Shown here: positions 42,735 to 52,879 of the stretch, piece after piece
How the letters are laid out: every line of letters starts with the position of its first letter
Numbering within the stretch: the stretch's first letter is position 1
From: a bacterium
Lineage (GTDB): Bacteria; UBA8248
Direction of reading: 5' to 3'
Assembly: GCA_965213685.1 (NCBI GenBank)
Contig: CBDBZY010000043.1
Coordinates: 64,001-128,000 of the forward strand
Length of the DNA: 64,000 nt
Program-made: the position numbers and the translations under genes
Notes under the pieces: model-generated
Database searches by the model: none
The model's input: only the letters and a program-made list of their open reading frames with translations
What the model was told of the DNA's origin: nothing

Positions 42735-43637
42735 TCAGGCCTTCCGCCCGCCGCGCGGATGGGTTTCCCACAGGAGCTTCTCCCGCAGGGTCTGGAAGAA
42801 GTCCGCCCCCCGGGGGCGTATGATGCGGACAGGGGAGGGGCTTTTGCGGACTTTCACGGAGTCTCCCGCCTCGAGTTCGCATCCGGGGAAGCCGTCGAGC
42901 GTGAGGAGAACCTCCCGCCCCTGCGCCTCGGTGTCCGGGAAGATGGTGATCTCCAGCGCCGCCTCGGCGGGCGCGACGATGGGCCGGTTGCTGAGCGTGT
43001 GCGGGCATATCGGATTGATGAGCATCGCGTTGGAGTTCGGCAGGACGAGCGGCCCGCCGGCGGACAGGGAATAGGCCGTGGAGCCGGTGGGCGTGGCGAT
43101 GATGAGGCCGTCCGCGCGGAAATAGCCGAGGTGGCGGCCCTCCATCTCAATCCGGTATTCGACCATGCGCGCCAGCGGTCCGGTGGTGAGCACGACGTCG
43201 TTCAGCGAATCGGAGAGCGCAGGCGTCGCGCCGTTCTTGCGCACCGAGGCGCTTAGCCGCATCCGCGATTCGATGGAGAATTCCCCCCGGATCAGTATTC
43301 CCTTCAGCGCGGGGTAGAGGTCGGCCTGGGGGACGTCGGCCAGAAACCCCAGATGCCCGGTGTTGATGCCCAGCAGGAGGGGCGACTCCCCGGTGACGTT
43401 GTGGGCGGTGCGCAGCATGGAGCCGTCGCCGCCGAATACGATGACGAGGTCGGCCCCCTCGAGGACGTCCTCGCGCGCCAGCCCCCCCTGCTCTCCCGCC
43501 ATCCTGGCCGTGTCCGCGTCCAGCCCGACCTCGAAGCCCTCCCCCCGCAGCCAGGCGGCGAGCGCCGCGAAATCGAGCGGGGCTCTCTGTGCCTGCGGCC
43601 ACGCCGTCAATGCGATGCGTCGAATGTTTGCCGACAA
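42735..43637 (-). CDS. nadK: NAD kinase
   Basis: FGGDGSML, GINTGHLGFL, LNDV and DGLIIATPTGSTAYSLSAGGP. Confidence 0.95.
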   Translation of the reverse strand: MSANIRRIALTAWPQAQRAPLDFAALAAWLRGEGFEVGLDADTARMAGEQGGLAREDVLEGADLVIVFGGDGSMLRTAHNVTGESPLLLGINTGHLGFLADVPQADLYPALKGILIRGEFSIESRMRLSASVRKNGATPALSDSLNDVVLTTGPLARMVEYRIEMEGRHLGYFRADGLIIATPTGSTAYSLSAGGPLVLPNSNAMLINPICPHTLSNRPIVAPAEAALEITIFPDTEAQGREVLLTLDGFPGCELEAGDSVKVRKSPSPVRIIRPRGADFFQTLREKLLWETHPRGGRKA

Positions 43638-43713
43638 AGGAGCGTCTCCCGGAGCCTCGTGGGTGGGGAAGTATCCCAGGGCGAACGCCTCCGCCGCAAC
43701 CGCCGGGAGGCGG

Positions 43714-44625
43714 TCACGGACCGGTGCGCGCGGCGTCTTTTTTTCGTCTCGGCAGGCGGCGCCAGTAGCGGCAGGCGTCCTGGAGCGGGCAGCCCGCGCA
43801 GAGGTGGACGTCTCTTTTGCTCGGGCAACGCTTGAGGATGCCCATGCGCGAGATGGCGAAATCGTAGCGCACCGGGTCCTCGGGGTCGATGCGCCGGAGG
43901 TTTCGGGTGATCTCCAGAGCCATCCGGAGGTTCGGCGTCTTCCGGTCGGTGAGCCCCAGCAGACGCCCGATGCGCGCGACGTGGGTGTCGAGGGGGATGA
44001 TGAGCTGCCGCGTTTCGGGCGTTTTCCACAGGCCGAGGTCCAGGCCGTCGGCGGGTCGTATCATCCAGCGGAGGAACAGGTGGAGCCGCTTGCACGCGCC
44101 GCCGGCGGCCGGGTCGGGCAGCAGATAGCGCACCTCGCGCCTGATGTTCGGGTTCCCGGGCGTTGGCACCGCCTCCAGCAGGCGGCCGCGAAACTCCCCC
44201 AGCGCCCCGTGCAGCGTCTCCTCCTCCGGTCGGTAGCCGCGCAGGAAGAGGGCCTCGAGCGAGCCCTCCTCTCGCAAGGCTGCGCCGATCCCATGGGCGA
44301 GAAGCCCGAGCGCCTCGGGCCCCACCCATCGGTGGTAGAGTCCCTGAAAAAGGCGGGCGTCCCGCGAGGCGCGATAGCGGCGGAGGGCGTCGGCCGGCTG
44401 CGGGCCCAGGGGCGCCAGGACGCGCCGGACGCTCTCGCGTATGGCCGCGGCGTTCCCGAAGGCCAGCGACGCGCTGAAAAAGGCCGCGACCTCGCGGTTC
44501 GCCGCCCCCTCGTAGCCATGCGCGATCCCGAGCGGGTCGGTGGCCAAGTAGGATTTCACGTGGTACGTCCGGGCGAGCGCGTCGAGCTTCTCTTTGAGGA
44601 GCGGCGCCCCTTTCGCGGGCGGCAT
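43714..44625 (-). CDS. TIGR02757/DUF2400 family protein
   Basis: DPL..H...NREVAA, ACKRLHLFLRWMIR, DLGLW, IPLDTHV and DPVRYDFA. Confidence 0.85.
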   Translation of the reverse strand: MPPAKGAPLLKEKLDALARTYHVKSYLATDPLGIAHGYEGAANREVAAFFSASLAFGNAAAIRESVRRVLAPLGPQPADALRRYRASRDARLFQGLYHRWVGPEALGLLAHGIGAALREEGSLEALFLRGYRPEEETLHGALGEFRGRLLEAVPTPGNPNIRREVRYLLPDPAAGGACKRLHLFLRWMIRPADGLDLGLWKTPETRQLIIPLDTHVARIGRLLGLTDRKTPNLRMALEITRNLRRIDPEDPVRYDFAISRMGILKRCPSKRDVHLCAGCPLQDACRYWRRLPRRKKDAARTGP

Positions 44626-45074
44626 CAAAACGCTCCATGCGTGTCGAGCAGCAGGGTGACGGGGCCGTCGTTCACGATTTCCACCTCCATCATGGCGCCG
44701 AAGCGGCCCGTGGCGACCGGAACGCCCGTTTTCTCGACCCGCGCGATGAAGCGCTCGTAAAGAAACTCCGCCCGCCCGGGCGGGGCCGCTGCGGAGAAGC
44801 TGGGGCGCCTGCCCTTTCGGCAATCGCCCTGCAGGGTGAACTGGCTGACGATGAGCATCTCCCCGCCCGTGTCGAGGAGGGAGAGGTTCATTTTTTGGGC
44901 CGCGTCCTGGAATATCCGCAGGCGGGGAATCTTCCCGGCCAGGAGGTCGGCGTCCCTCTCGCCGTCCTCGCGCCCGACGCCCAGAAAGACGAGAAGCCCC
45001 CCGCCAATCTCTCCGACCACCTCCGCGTTCACCCGGACGCAGGCGCGGCGGGCGCGCTGGAGAACGGCTCTCAC
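44625..45074 (-). CDS. dtd: D-aminoacyl-tRNA deacylase
   Basis: MRAVLQR, VSQFTL, KGRRPSF and NDGPVT. Confidence 0.95.
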   Translation of the reverse strand: MRAVLQRARRACVRVNAEVVGEIGGGLLVFLGVGREDGERDADLLAGKIPRLRIFQDAAQKMNLSLLDTGGEMLIVSQFTLQGDCRKGRRPSFSAAAPPGRAEFLYERFIARVEKTGVPVATGRFGAMMEVEIVNDGPVTLLLDTHGAF

Positions 45075-45341
45075 GTTCGTCCGCCCGGCGGAAGCATCGC
45101 CTTCTCCCCTGTGGCCGGTTCCCTCTTCTTTCTTTGCGCCGGCATGCGGAGCAAGAGTATATGGCGGGGGCGGTGAAATTCAACGTCCGCCCGCCCCGCC
45201 GCGCGACGGCTGCGGGTCGGGCGCGTCATGTGCTTTGGTTGAAATGCGGAGGGGGATATGCGACATATCCCGTGTGAAATTTCGGGAGTATTCCCGTTCC
45301 TGAAGGGGAACGCGGCGTCTTGACCACGATGGGGGCGGGCA

Positions 45342-45941
45342 TTGTCCAGTGCGGAGAAGTTATACGGCAAGAAGGTGTTCACCACGTTCGAGGTGGCGCG
45401 GATTTGCGACGTCACGCCGGTGACGATTCAAAACTGGGTAGACAAGGGCTGGCTGGGTGCGTACCGAACGCCCGGAGGCCACAGAAGGGTGTGCAGGGAG
45501 GATCTCCTCTCCTTTCTGGAGTCCCGCAGCATCCCCCACGCTTTCGCGGAAAAAGCGGCGCCCGCCAGGGTGCTCATCGTGGACGGCGCGTCGGGCCTCG
45601 CCGATTCTCTCCGGGAGGCGTTGCTGCGAGACGGGCCGGGGTATGACGTGCAGGTGGCGCGCGACGGGTTTTGCGCAGGCTATCTGTACGCCAGGCTGAA
45701 CCCGGACGTGGTGATACTCGACTGGAACCCCCCGGGGGTGGACGGCTACGAGGCGTGCCGCCGGATGAGGGAGAACGGCGCGGACACGCCCGTCCTGCTG
45801 GTCGGCGGCCATTCGGATCGGGATGGGCGGGAGCGCGTCCTGGGTCTGGGCGCGGTGCACTTTCTTCCGAAGCCGGTGGATGCGGCGGGACTCCGGAATC
45901 TGGTGCGGGCGTCCATATCGAATCGCCTCGGCTCCGCCTAG
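45342..45941 (+). CDS. Excisionase-type HTH plus receiver domain regulator
   Basis: FTTFEVARIC.V...TIQNW...YRTPGGHRR followed by VLIVD...VILDW...FLPKP. Confidence 0.85.
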   Translation: MSSAEKLYGKKVFTTFEVARICDVTPVTIQNWVDKGWLGAYRTPGGHRRVCREDLLSFLESRSIPHAFAEKAAPARVLIVDGASGLADSLREALLRDGPGYDVQVARDGFCAGYLYARLNPDVVILDWNPPGVDGYEACRRMRENGADTPVLLVGGHSDRDGRERVLGLGAVHFLPKPVDAAGLRNLVRASISNRLGSA

Positions 45942-46049
45942 CGCCTGCGGGGGCATCCCGAAAAAACCGCGCGCGCGGCGGAGGCCGCCGGCCGCCTCGC
46001 TTCTTGGGGCGCGCCCCTTCCCCCCGGTGCGGATGGGGGCGGGCTTGCG

Positions 46050-46934
46050 CTAGCTCCCCTGGGGCGGGTCGCCTTCGCCGCGATTTCTCAGGAAGCGCTC
46101 CAGCTCCTTGGCGAGGTCATCGCCCGAGGGAAGCTCGTCCGGCCCGGCGTCCTCCTCGAGGCCGTCGTCCCTGCGCTTGAGCTGCTCCACGTAGTCGCGC
46201 ACCGACTTGTTTTTCTGGAGCGCCTCGTCCACCTTGTCCTCGAATTCATGGGCGCCCGCCTCGAGGTCCGCGAGGTTGAGGGGGTAGGCGAGGAAATCGC
46301 TCAGCCGCTCGACGAGGGCGAGTGCCGCCTTGGGGTTGGGCGATACGTTCACGTAATGGGGCACGTTCGCCCAGACGCTGACGGCGGGCAGGCTCTCGTC
46401 GCGGAAAAGGTTGTTCAGCACGCCGACGATTCCGGTCGGCCCCTCGTAGCGGGAGGGTTTGAGGCCCAGCTGGGAGGCCAGGTCCGGGTTCGTGGAGGTG
46501 CCGGTAATCCGCACCCGGCTCCTGTGGTAGACGTCGGCGAGCAGGGCACCCACCGTCACGACCATCCGCACCCGGCATTCGCGGACCATGGACAGGATGA
46601 TTTTGGAAAAACGCTCCCACTGCAAATGCGGCTCCACTCCCAGGAATATCAGCACGTCATGCTCGAGGCCCGGCGTCTCGCAGGCGTAGAAGGCGTTCGA
46701 GGGCCAGGTGATTTTTCTGCGGCTGTCCGCGTCGAGGTGCACCTGGGGACGCATATCCTGAAAATTGTAGAACGGGTCGGAGTCGATGCGGGCGAACTCC
46801 AGCCCCCCCATGTTCTCGGTCAGAAAGCTCGCGGCGGTCGTGGCGGCGTTGCTGGCGTCGTTCCAGCCCGCGAAGGCCATGAGGAGCGTGGGCTCCCGGA
46901 GGTTCGGCGTTTCTTTTATGTCCACATATTCCAT
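46050..46934 (-). CDS. PAC2 (proteasome assembly chaperone) family protein
   Basis: AFAGWNDA, FQDMRP, ITWP, GVEPHLQW, GALLADV, YEGPTGIVG, WANVPHY and PKAALAL. Confidence 0.85.
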   Translation of the reverse strand: MEYVDIKETPNLREPTLLMAFAGWNDASNAATTAASFLTENMGGLEFARIDSDPFYNFQDMRPQVHLDADSRRKITWPSNAFYACETPGLEHDVLIFLGVEPHLQWERFSKIILSMVRECRVRMVVTVGALLADVYHRSRVRITGTSTNPDLASQLGLKPSRYEGPTGIVGVLNNLFRDESLPAVSVWANVPHYVNVSPNPKAALALVERLSDFLAYPLNLADLEAGAHEFEDKVDEALQKNKSVRDYVEQLKRRDDGLEEDAGPDELPSGDDLAKELERFLRNRGEGDPPQGS

Positions 46935-47160
46935 ATGATCGCTCCCCTGGGCCGCGTCGTGCCCCGCAATCGGGAAAAGAAGCGCACGCCCATTGTAGGA
47001 GGTCTTGGGCGCGGATTCAAACCTCTCTTATTATCGGGTGCCGGGAGATTCTTCGCGCGCCGTTTGATGATGCGGGGCCGCTGGGATATACATTTTTTCT
47101 CTGAGCGGCTGCGGCCTCCCGCCTTCTGCGGCGCGGGGTGCGGCGGAGGGTGAGGGGCGA

Positions 47161-47934
47161 ATGACGGGCGCGCCGGAGATGAAGGACAAGGTGGTTTTGA
47201 TAACGGGCGGCGCGCGCGGCATCGGCGCGGCCATTGCGCGGCGCTTCGCCCGCGCCGGCGCGCGGCTGGTGCTGAATCATCGGACGGAAGGGGGCCGATC
47301 GGCGCAGACGGCGGACGCGCTTTGCCGGGAGGTCGAGGCCGCCGGCGCGCGGGCCGTGGCCATCCCCGCGGACATCTCCCGAAAAGATTCCGTCCGGGCC
47401 ATGTTCGCGCGGGTGGCGGACGAGCTGGGGCGGCTCGACGTCCTGGTGCTGAACGCGGCGCGCGCGCCCTTCAAGCCGTGGGACAGGCTCCTCGAGCGCG
47501 ACCTGAAGCTCCTGGTGGAGACGAATTTTCTGGGCAACGTGTTCTGCCTGCAGGCGGCCCTCCCGCTCCTGGCGCGCCAGGGGGGGGCGGTCGTGTTCAT
47601 CTCCAGCCTGGGGAGCCGGTTCTACCATCCGGAGTATTCCCTGGGTCCGATGAAGGCGGCGATGGAGGCGGCGGTCAGGCACTGGGCGGAGAGTTTCGAT
47701 GGGCGGGGAATATCGGTCAACGCCGTTTGCGCGGGCCTCGTGAGGACCGATTCGTTCCGGACGTTGCGGATGGTTCAGCCGGAGCTGGAGAAGCTGCCCG
47801 AGCGGTATTTCGTCGCGCCCGAGGAGGTGGCCGAGTCCGTCTATTTTCTCGCCGGGGCGGGCGCGGGCGCCATACGCGGACAAACGATCGTGGTCGACAG
47901 GGGGCTCAGCAACCAGTTGAACCGGCTGCCCTGA
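47161..47934 (+). CDS. SDR, FabL-like enoyl-ACP reductase
   Basis: ITGGARGIG, VLNAA, ISSLGS...Y.....KAA and GQTIVVD; first gene of the FAS/PKS cluster. Confidence 0.7.
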   Translation: MTGAPEMKDKVVLITGGARGIGAAIARRFARAGARLVLNHRTEGGRSAQTADALCREVEAAGARAVAIPADISRKDSVRAMFARVADELGRLDVLVLNAARAPFKPWDRLLERDLKLLVETNFLGNVFCLQAALPLLARQGGAVVFISSLGSRFYHPEYSLGPMKAAMEAAVRHWAESFDGRGISVNAVCAGLVRTDSFRTLRMVQPELEKLPERYFVAPEEVAESVYFLAGAGAGAIRGQTIVVDRGLSNQLNRLP

Positions 47935-48046
47935 CGATGGAATCGGCGATGATTTCCCTGCGGCGGTTGATTTTCACGCTTCCTCTTGATTGTATATGCC
48001 CTCATGCAGGAGGGTTTTCGCGCGCTTATCGGAGCAGGGGAGAACC

Positions 48047-48610
48047 ATGTCGCAAAACCTGATCTCGGACGATACGATTTTGGAAGAGGTGAAAAAGGCG
48101 ATTGCCCATACCACGGGAATCGAGAAGGAGTCCATCGAGGCGGACAGCTCCCTGGTGGATGACCTGGGGGTGCTGTCGCTGGATTTTCTGGACATCAACT
48201 TTCGCCTGGAGCAGGTGTTCGGCGTCCGTATGGCGCGCAACTTCGTTCTGGAGCACGTGGAGGAGATGTTTGGCGAGGGCGTGGCCATCAACGAGGAGAG
48301 CGAGGTGACGGAAAAGGGGGTCGAAGTGTTGCGGCTGCGCCTGAACGAGGCGGCCGAGGGGCTGGAGCCGGGAACTCCGGTGGATGAGCTGCCCGCCCTC
48401 GTGACGCCGAACACGCTGGCCGGCGCGGTGCGCGACGTGCTGAATCGCCTGCCCGAGAGGAGCCCGGCGGCGGCGGACTGGAAAGTCGAGGGTGGAACGC
48501 GCATCGTGTGCGCCCGGACGAACGAGCCCGCCTCCTTGCCCAGCGGGGATGAAGTGATTGAGGACTGGCTGAACAGGTTGCAGGAGGAAAGACGACTCTT
48601 TGCCTCCTGA
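48047..48610 (+). CDS. Oversized acyl carrier protein (187 aa)
   Basis: DSSLVDDLGVLSLDFLDINFRLEQVFGV resembles AcpXL and planctomycete ACPs (SLDFLDI), with an insertion and a C-terminal extension. Confidence 0.78.
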   Translation: MSQNLISDDTILEEVKKAIAHTTGIEKESIEADSSLVDDLGVLSLDFLDINFRLEQVFGVRMARNFVLEHVEEMFGEGVAINEESEVTEKGVEVLRLRLNEAAEGLEPGTPVDELPALVTPNTLAGAVRDVLNRLPERSPAAADWKVEGGTRIVCARTNEPASLPSGDEVIEDWLNRLQEERRLFAS

Positions 48611-48650
48611 CGCCCTCCTCCCTCGTCCATCTTCTCTGGAGGACGCGCGA

Positions 48651-49961
48651 ATGGCCGTTTCCGGCAGGCGAGTCGCGATCACCGGATACGGGGCGATGAC
48701 GCCCCTGGGCGGGGACGTCGCCTCCACGTTCGAGGCCGCTCGCGAGGGGTGCTCCGGCATCGACGTGGTTCGGCGCTTCGACCCGGCGAGCCTGCCCTGC
48801 CAGATCGCAGGCGAGATAGAGGACGGGTGGCTCGAGGCCCGGGAGAACGGCGGCGGGCGCAGGCTCGACAAGTTCTGCACCCGCGGGGTGCGGATGATGC
48901 GCGTGGCCGTTTCGGAGGCGTCGCGCACGGCGGGCATTGACGCCATTTCGGACAGAAAGCGCATCGGCGTCGCGCTCGGCTCTCACGGCGAACATCCCCA
49001 GATCGAGGAATTGCTCCGCACCTTCCCCTGCTGGGAGCCCGGCCGCGACGACCCCCTGCGGGGCCGCTGGAACATGAAGGAGCTCCGGCGGCGCGGTGCC
49101 TACGACCTGATGACGTTTTTCCGAAGAAAATCGGACGTGGCCACCTCCGTCGTCGCACTGGATTTTGACTGCCGGGGGCCCACGGCCTCCATCTGCTCGG
49201 CCTGTGCGGCGGGGGCGCAGGCGATAGGCGAGTCCGTGCGCCTCATCCGCGACGGGCGGGCCGACGTCATGGTGGCGGGCGGCTGCGAGGCGACCATCAC
49301 CTACGTGGGGTTTATCGGCTTCGTGCTCCTCACCGCGCTGGTCGAGAGATACGAAACCCCGCAGGCGGCGTCCCGCCCTTTCGACAGGAAGCGAAACGGC
49401 TTCGTGATGTCGGAGGGCGCCGGCGCGATGATCCTCGAGGGATATGACCACGCGCGCGCCCGCGGCGCCCCGATTCTCGGCGAGGTGCTCGGCTATGGCG
49501 ACTCCTCGGACGCGTTTCGCATCACCGACATGCACCCGAGGGGGCTGGGCGCGGTCTTCGCCATGAAGAGGGCACTCGACGACGCCGGCCTCCCGCCCGA
49601 GAGCGTCGAATACATCAACGCGCACGGCACCTCGACGCCCAAGAACGACGTGACGGAGACCAGGGCCATCAAGGAGGTGTTCGGCGCCCATGCGGAGAGG
49701 TTGCCGATCAGCTCCAACAAGTCCATGATCGGCCACACCATCGGCGCGGCCGGGGCCATCGAGGCGATTCTGACCCTGGAGGGAATGCGCCGCTCGGAAA
49801 TCCTGCCCACCATCAACTATCAGAACCGCGACCCGAAGTGCGACCTGGATTACGTGCCCAACGAGACGAGGGCGCAATCCCATCGCGTCGCCCTCTCCAA
49901 CAGTTTTGGCTTCGGCGGGCAAAACGCCTGTCTGTGCCTGGGCGGTCCCGAGGTCGCGTGA
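48651..49961 (+). CDS. Beta-ketoacyl-ACP synthase (FabF-like, intact Cys-His-His)
   Basis: SACAAG, INAHGTST, KSMIGHT and SNSFGFGGQN. Confidence 0.92.
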   Translation: MAVSGRRVAITGYGAMTPLGGDVASTFEAAREGCSGIDVVRRFDPASLPCQIAGEIEDGWLEARENGGGRRLDKFCTRGVRMMRVAVSEASRTAGIDAISDRKRIGVALGSHGEHPQIEELLRTFPCWEPGRDDPLRGRWNMKELRRRGAYDLMTFFRRKSDVATSVVALDFDCRGPTASICSACAAGAQAIGESVRLIRDGRADVMVAGGCEATITYVGFIGFVLLTALVERYETPQAASRPFDRKRNGFVMSEGAGAMILEGYDHARARGAPILGEVLGYGDSSDAFRITDMHPRGLGAVFAMKRALDDAGLPPESVEYINAHGTSTPKNDVTETRAIKEVFGAHAERLPISSNKSMIGHTIGAAGAIEAILTLEGMRRSEILPTINYQNRDPKCDLDYVPNETRAQSHRVALSNSFGFGGQNACLCLGGPEVA

Positions 49962-51145
49962 AGCCGCCGCTTCCCATCATCGGGGTGGGGCTGGTGACGG
50001 CGGCGGGACGGGGCGTCGAACCCGCCTGGGAGGCGCTTTGCGCGGCCCGCTCTTCGCTCGCCGTTGACGCGGCGCCCGAACTCGCCGGCTTTCCTCCCGT
50101 CAAGACGGCGCGGTGCGCGCGGATAGACCCCGGGGCCATCGGCGCGGACCGCCGGGCGGCCAGGCTCATGCGCCACCACGTCCACATGCTCCTGGCGGCG
50201 GTTCATGACGCGATCGTCGCGGTCCCGGCGATTCTGGAGACGGCGGCGGAGGAAGTCGCCTTCTTCGCCGGCATGGATTCCGTCGATCCGGCCGGCGATG
50301 ATTTGCTTGGCGCGATTCGCGGATCGGGCGACGGCGTGTGCCTCGAGCGTTTTTTTCGCGAGGGGATGGACAGCATTCCCCCGCTCTGGCCGCTGGGGCT
50401 GCTGAATGCGATAGGCTTCTGCCAGGTGGCGATTCAGTATCGGCTGCGGGGGGAGAACGCCGTTTTCAGCGCGGGGGCGGAGGCGACGGCGCGCGCCATC
50501 TGCGAGGCGGCGGCCTCGGTTCGCCTGGGAAAGGCGAGGTTGGCCCTGGCCGCCGGCGCGAGCGGGGCGATCTCCGCCCGGATGCTGGCCCGCGCTGCGC
50601 TGCGCGGCGCGTGGCCCGCCGCGTGGGGGCTGGGCGAGGGCGCGGGGGTGGTGTGCCTCGGGCGCGCGGAGGATGCCGATGCGGGCGGGATATGCGGCTG
50701 GCTCAAGGGCCATGCCCTGACGCGCGCGCTGGAGCGGGGCTGCGGCCTCGCCCGCGCGCTGGAGGGAGCGGCGCGCGCAGCACTCGCGATGGCGGGCCTG
50801 GCGCCCGGGGAGGTCGACCTCGTCGTGCTGCACGGGGAGGGGCGAGACCGGCCGGACGAGGCGGAGGCCGCGGCCGTCTCCGCCATTTTCCCGGACGACA
50901 GACCCTGCCGCCTTGCTACGAAGGGCGTATTCGGCCACCTTTGGGGGGGGAGCCCGGCACTCGACGTCATCCTCGCGCTGCGGGCGTTGGCGGAGGGGGT
51001 GGCGCCTCCCTCTCCCGGCGTGGCCGATGCGCGCTTTCGGCGCGCGGGCCAGACGCCCGGACGGGACGGCCTGCGAAACGCGCTTGTTCTCGTCCAGGGG
51101 TTCGACGGCGTGTGCGCCGCCCTCGTGGTGGGGAAAGACGCCTGA
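49958..51145 (+). CDS. Degenerate ketosynthase (chain-length-factor-like)
   Basis: KS fold (IIGVGLVT, LGEGAG, KGVFGH) but no catalytic Cys (FSAGAEAT). Confidence 0.78.
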   Translation: MKPPLPIIGVGLVTAAGRGVEPAWEALCAARSSLAVDAAPELAGFPPVKTARCARIDPGAIGADRRAARLMRHHVHMLLAAVHDAIVAVPAILETAAEEVAFFAGMDSVDPAGDDLLGAIRGSGDGVCLERFFREGMDSIPPLWPLGLLNAIGFCQVAIQYRLRGENAVFSAGAEATARAICEAAASVRLGKARLALAAGASGAISARMLARAALRGAWPAAWGLGEGAGVVCLGRAEDADAGGICGWLKGHALTRALERGCGLARALEGAARAALAMAGLAPGEVDLVVLHGEGRDRPDEAEAAAVSAIFPDDRPCRLATKGVFGHLWGGSPALDVILALRALAEGVAPPSPGVADARFRRAGQTPGRDGLRNALVLVQGFDGVCAALVVGKDA

Positions 51146-51164
51146 TGGGAGGAGGGGGGGCGGA

Positions 51165-51617
51165 TTGCGGTTTCTCTTTTTTGACCGGATCACGGAGGTG
51201 GTGCGCGGAGAGCGCATCGTGGGGCTGAAGACGTTCCCCCTGTCGGAGGCCTATCTGAACGCGCACTTCCGGCGCGCTCCCCGGGTGCCCGGCTCCATCC
51301 TGATAGAGGCGATGGCGCAGATTACGGGGTGGCTCGTGGCCTACACCTATGATTTCGAGACCTCGTGCGTCATCTCGCTCATTGACGACGCGGAGGTGGC
51401 GAGCGACCTGCGCCCCGGCGCGGTCCTGGAGATTCACGGCGAGATGATCGACACGAACAGGCAGGCGAGCCTGTGCCGCGCCCGCGTGGAGAGCGACGGC
51501 GTCCCGGTCGCGCGGGCGGATCGGTTCGTGTATCCCCACTTTCCCAGCGAGGACCCCGAGGGGCTGCGAAGGCGGTTCCGCAGCTATGGGTGGCTGGCGT
51601 CGGAGGCGGCCCCGTGA
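51165..51617 (+). CDS. FabZ-like hot-dog dehydratase 1
   Basis: RFLFFDRI and AHF...VPGSILIEAMAQ. Confidence 0.85.
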   Translation: MRFLFFDRITEVVRGERIVGLKTFPLSEAYLNAHFRRAPRVPGSILIEAMAQITGWLVAYTYDFETSCVISLIDDAEVASDLRPGAVLEIHGEMIDTNRQASLCRARVESDGVPVARADRFVYPHFPSEDPEGLRRRFRSYGWLASEAAP

Positions 51618-52879
51618 GTTCCCGCGCGCTCGTCACCGGCCTCGGCATGGTGACCTCCCTCGGCGCCGACGTGGAAACCTCCTGGCACAGGGCGCTGGCC
51701 GGCGAGTCGGGTCTGGCGCCGATCGCCTCCTTCGACGCGAGGGCGCTGCCCGTCGCCGGTGCGGGCGAGGTCTCCGCAGGGGCGTTGTCCGCCATTCGGG
51801 AGAGGCTGCCCGACCGGTATGCCGGCGAGGGGGAGCGCAGGGTGCTGTTCGCGCTCGACGCGGCGCGCGGGGCGATGGCGGACGCCGGGATGCGCCCCGG
51901 CGATTATGCGCCCGAGCGCGCGGGCGTGGTGATGGGCACCGGGCTGAGCAGCTACCGTCTGGAGGATTTTTCCGCCTGGGCGGACCCGGAAAACGGCTTT
52001 GACGCCGTCCGCTTCGCGGGAGAACTCGAGAGGACGCAGGCCTCGGGCTATTTCCGGAACCCGCCCGAGCGGGCGACTTCGCGGATTGCGGAGTGGTTCG
52101 GGCTGGGCGGCCCCAGCGCCACCCTCACGTCCGCCTGCGCGGCGGCCGGCCAGGCGATAGGCCTCGGGATGCGCATGATTCGCGGGGGCGAGGCGGACGT
52201 GGTTCTCTGCGGCGGGGCCGATTCGATGATCCATCCCGTCGGGATGGCCATATTCCTCCTGCTGGGCGCCGCCTCGAAATCGAAGCCCCCCGTTTGCCGG
52301 CCGTTCGACAGGAAGCGCTCCGGCCTCGCCGTGGGCGAGGGGGCGGGCGTCGTCGTCCTGGAGTCCGAGGAGCACGCCCGAAAGAGGGGAGCGGCGCCCC
52401 ATGCCGTCCTCTCCGGCTATGGTGCGAGCATGGACGCCCACCAGGTGACGGCTCCGCACCCGGAGGGGCGGGGCGCCGTTCGCGCGATGCGCGCAGCCCT
52501 CCTCGACGCGGGCGTCGCGCCTTGCGAGGTCGCCTATGTCAACGCGCACGGCACGGGCACGAAGCTCAACGATCCGGCCGAGACCCGGGCGATTCGCGAG
52601 GTTTTCGGCGCGCGGGCGGACTCCCCGGCGGTGAGCTCCTCCAAGTCGATGACAGGACACTTGATCGCCGCGTGCGGCGCGCCCGAGTTCATCTTCACGG
52701 TCCTGAGCGTCGCGCGCGACGTCGTGCATCCCACGGCGCATCTGGAGAATCCCGACCCGAAGTGCGCTCTCGCTCATGTGGCTGGCGGGGCGCGAGAGGC
52801 GCCCGTGCCCGCCGCCATCACGAATTCCTTTGGCTTTGGCGGACAAAACGCCACCCTCCTCGTCAGAAAGGCGGCCTAG
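51614..52879 (+). CDS. Second beta-ketoacyl-ACP synthase (intact triad)
   Basis: TSACAAAG, VNAHGTGT, KSMTGHL and NSFGFGGQN. Confidence 0.9.
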   Translation: MSSRALVTGLGMVTSLGADVETSWHRALAGESGLAPIASFDARALPVAGAGEVSAGALSAIRERLPDRYAGEGERRVLFALDAARGAMADAGMRPGDYAPERAGVVMGTGLSSYRLEDFSAWADPENGFDAVRFAGELERTQASGYFRNPPERATSRIAEWFGLGGPSATLTSACAAAGQAIGLGMRMIRGGEADVVLCGGADSMIHPVGMAIFLLLGAASKSKPPVCRPFDRKRSGLAVGEGAGVVVLESEEHARKRGAAPHAVLSGYGASMDAHQVTAPHPEGRGAVRAMRAALLDAGVAPCEVAYVNAHGTGTKLNDPAETRAIREVFGARADSPAVSSSKSMTGHLIAACGAPEFIFTVLSVARDVVHPTAHLENPDPKCALAHVAGGAREAPVPAAITNSFGFGGQNATLLVRKAA

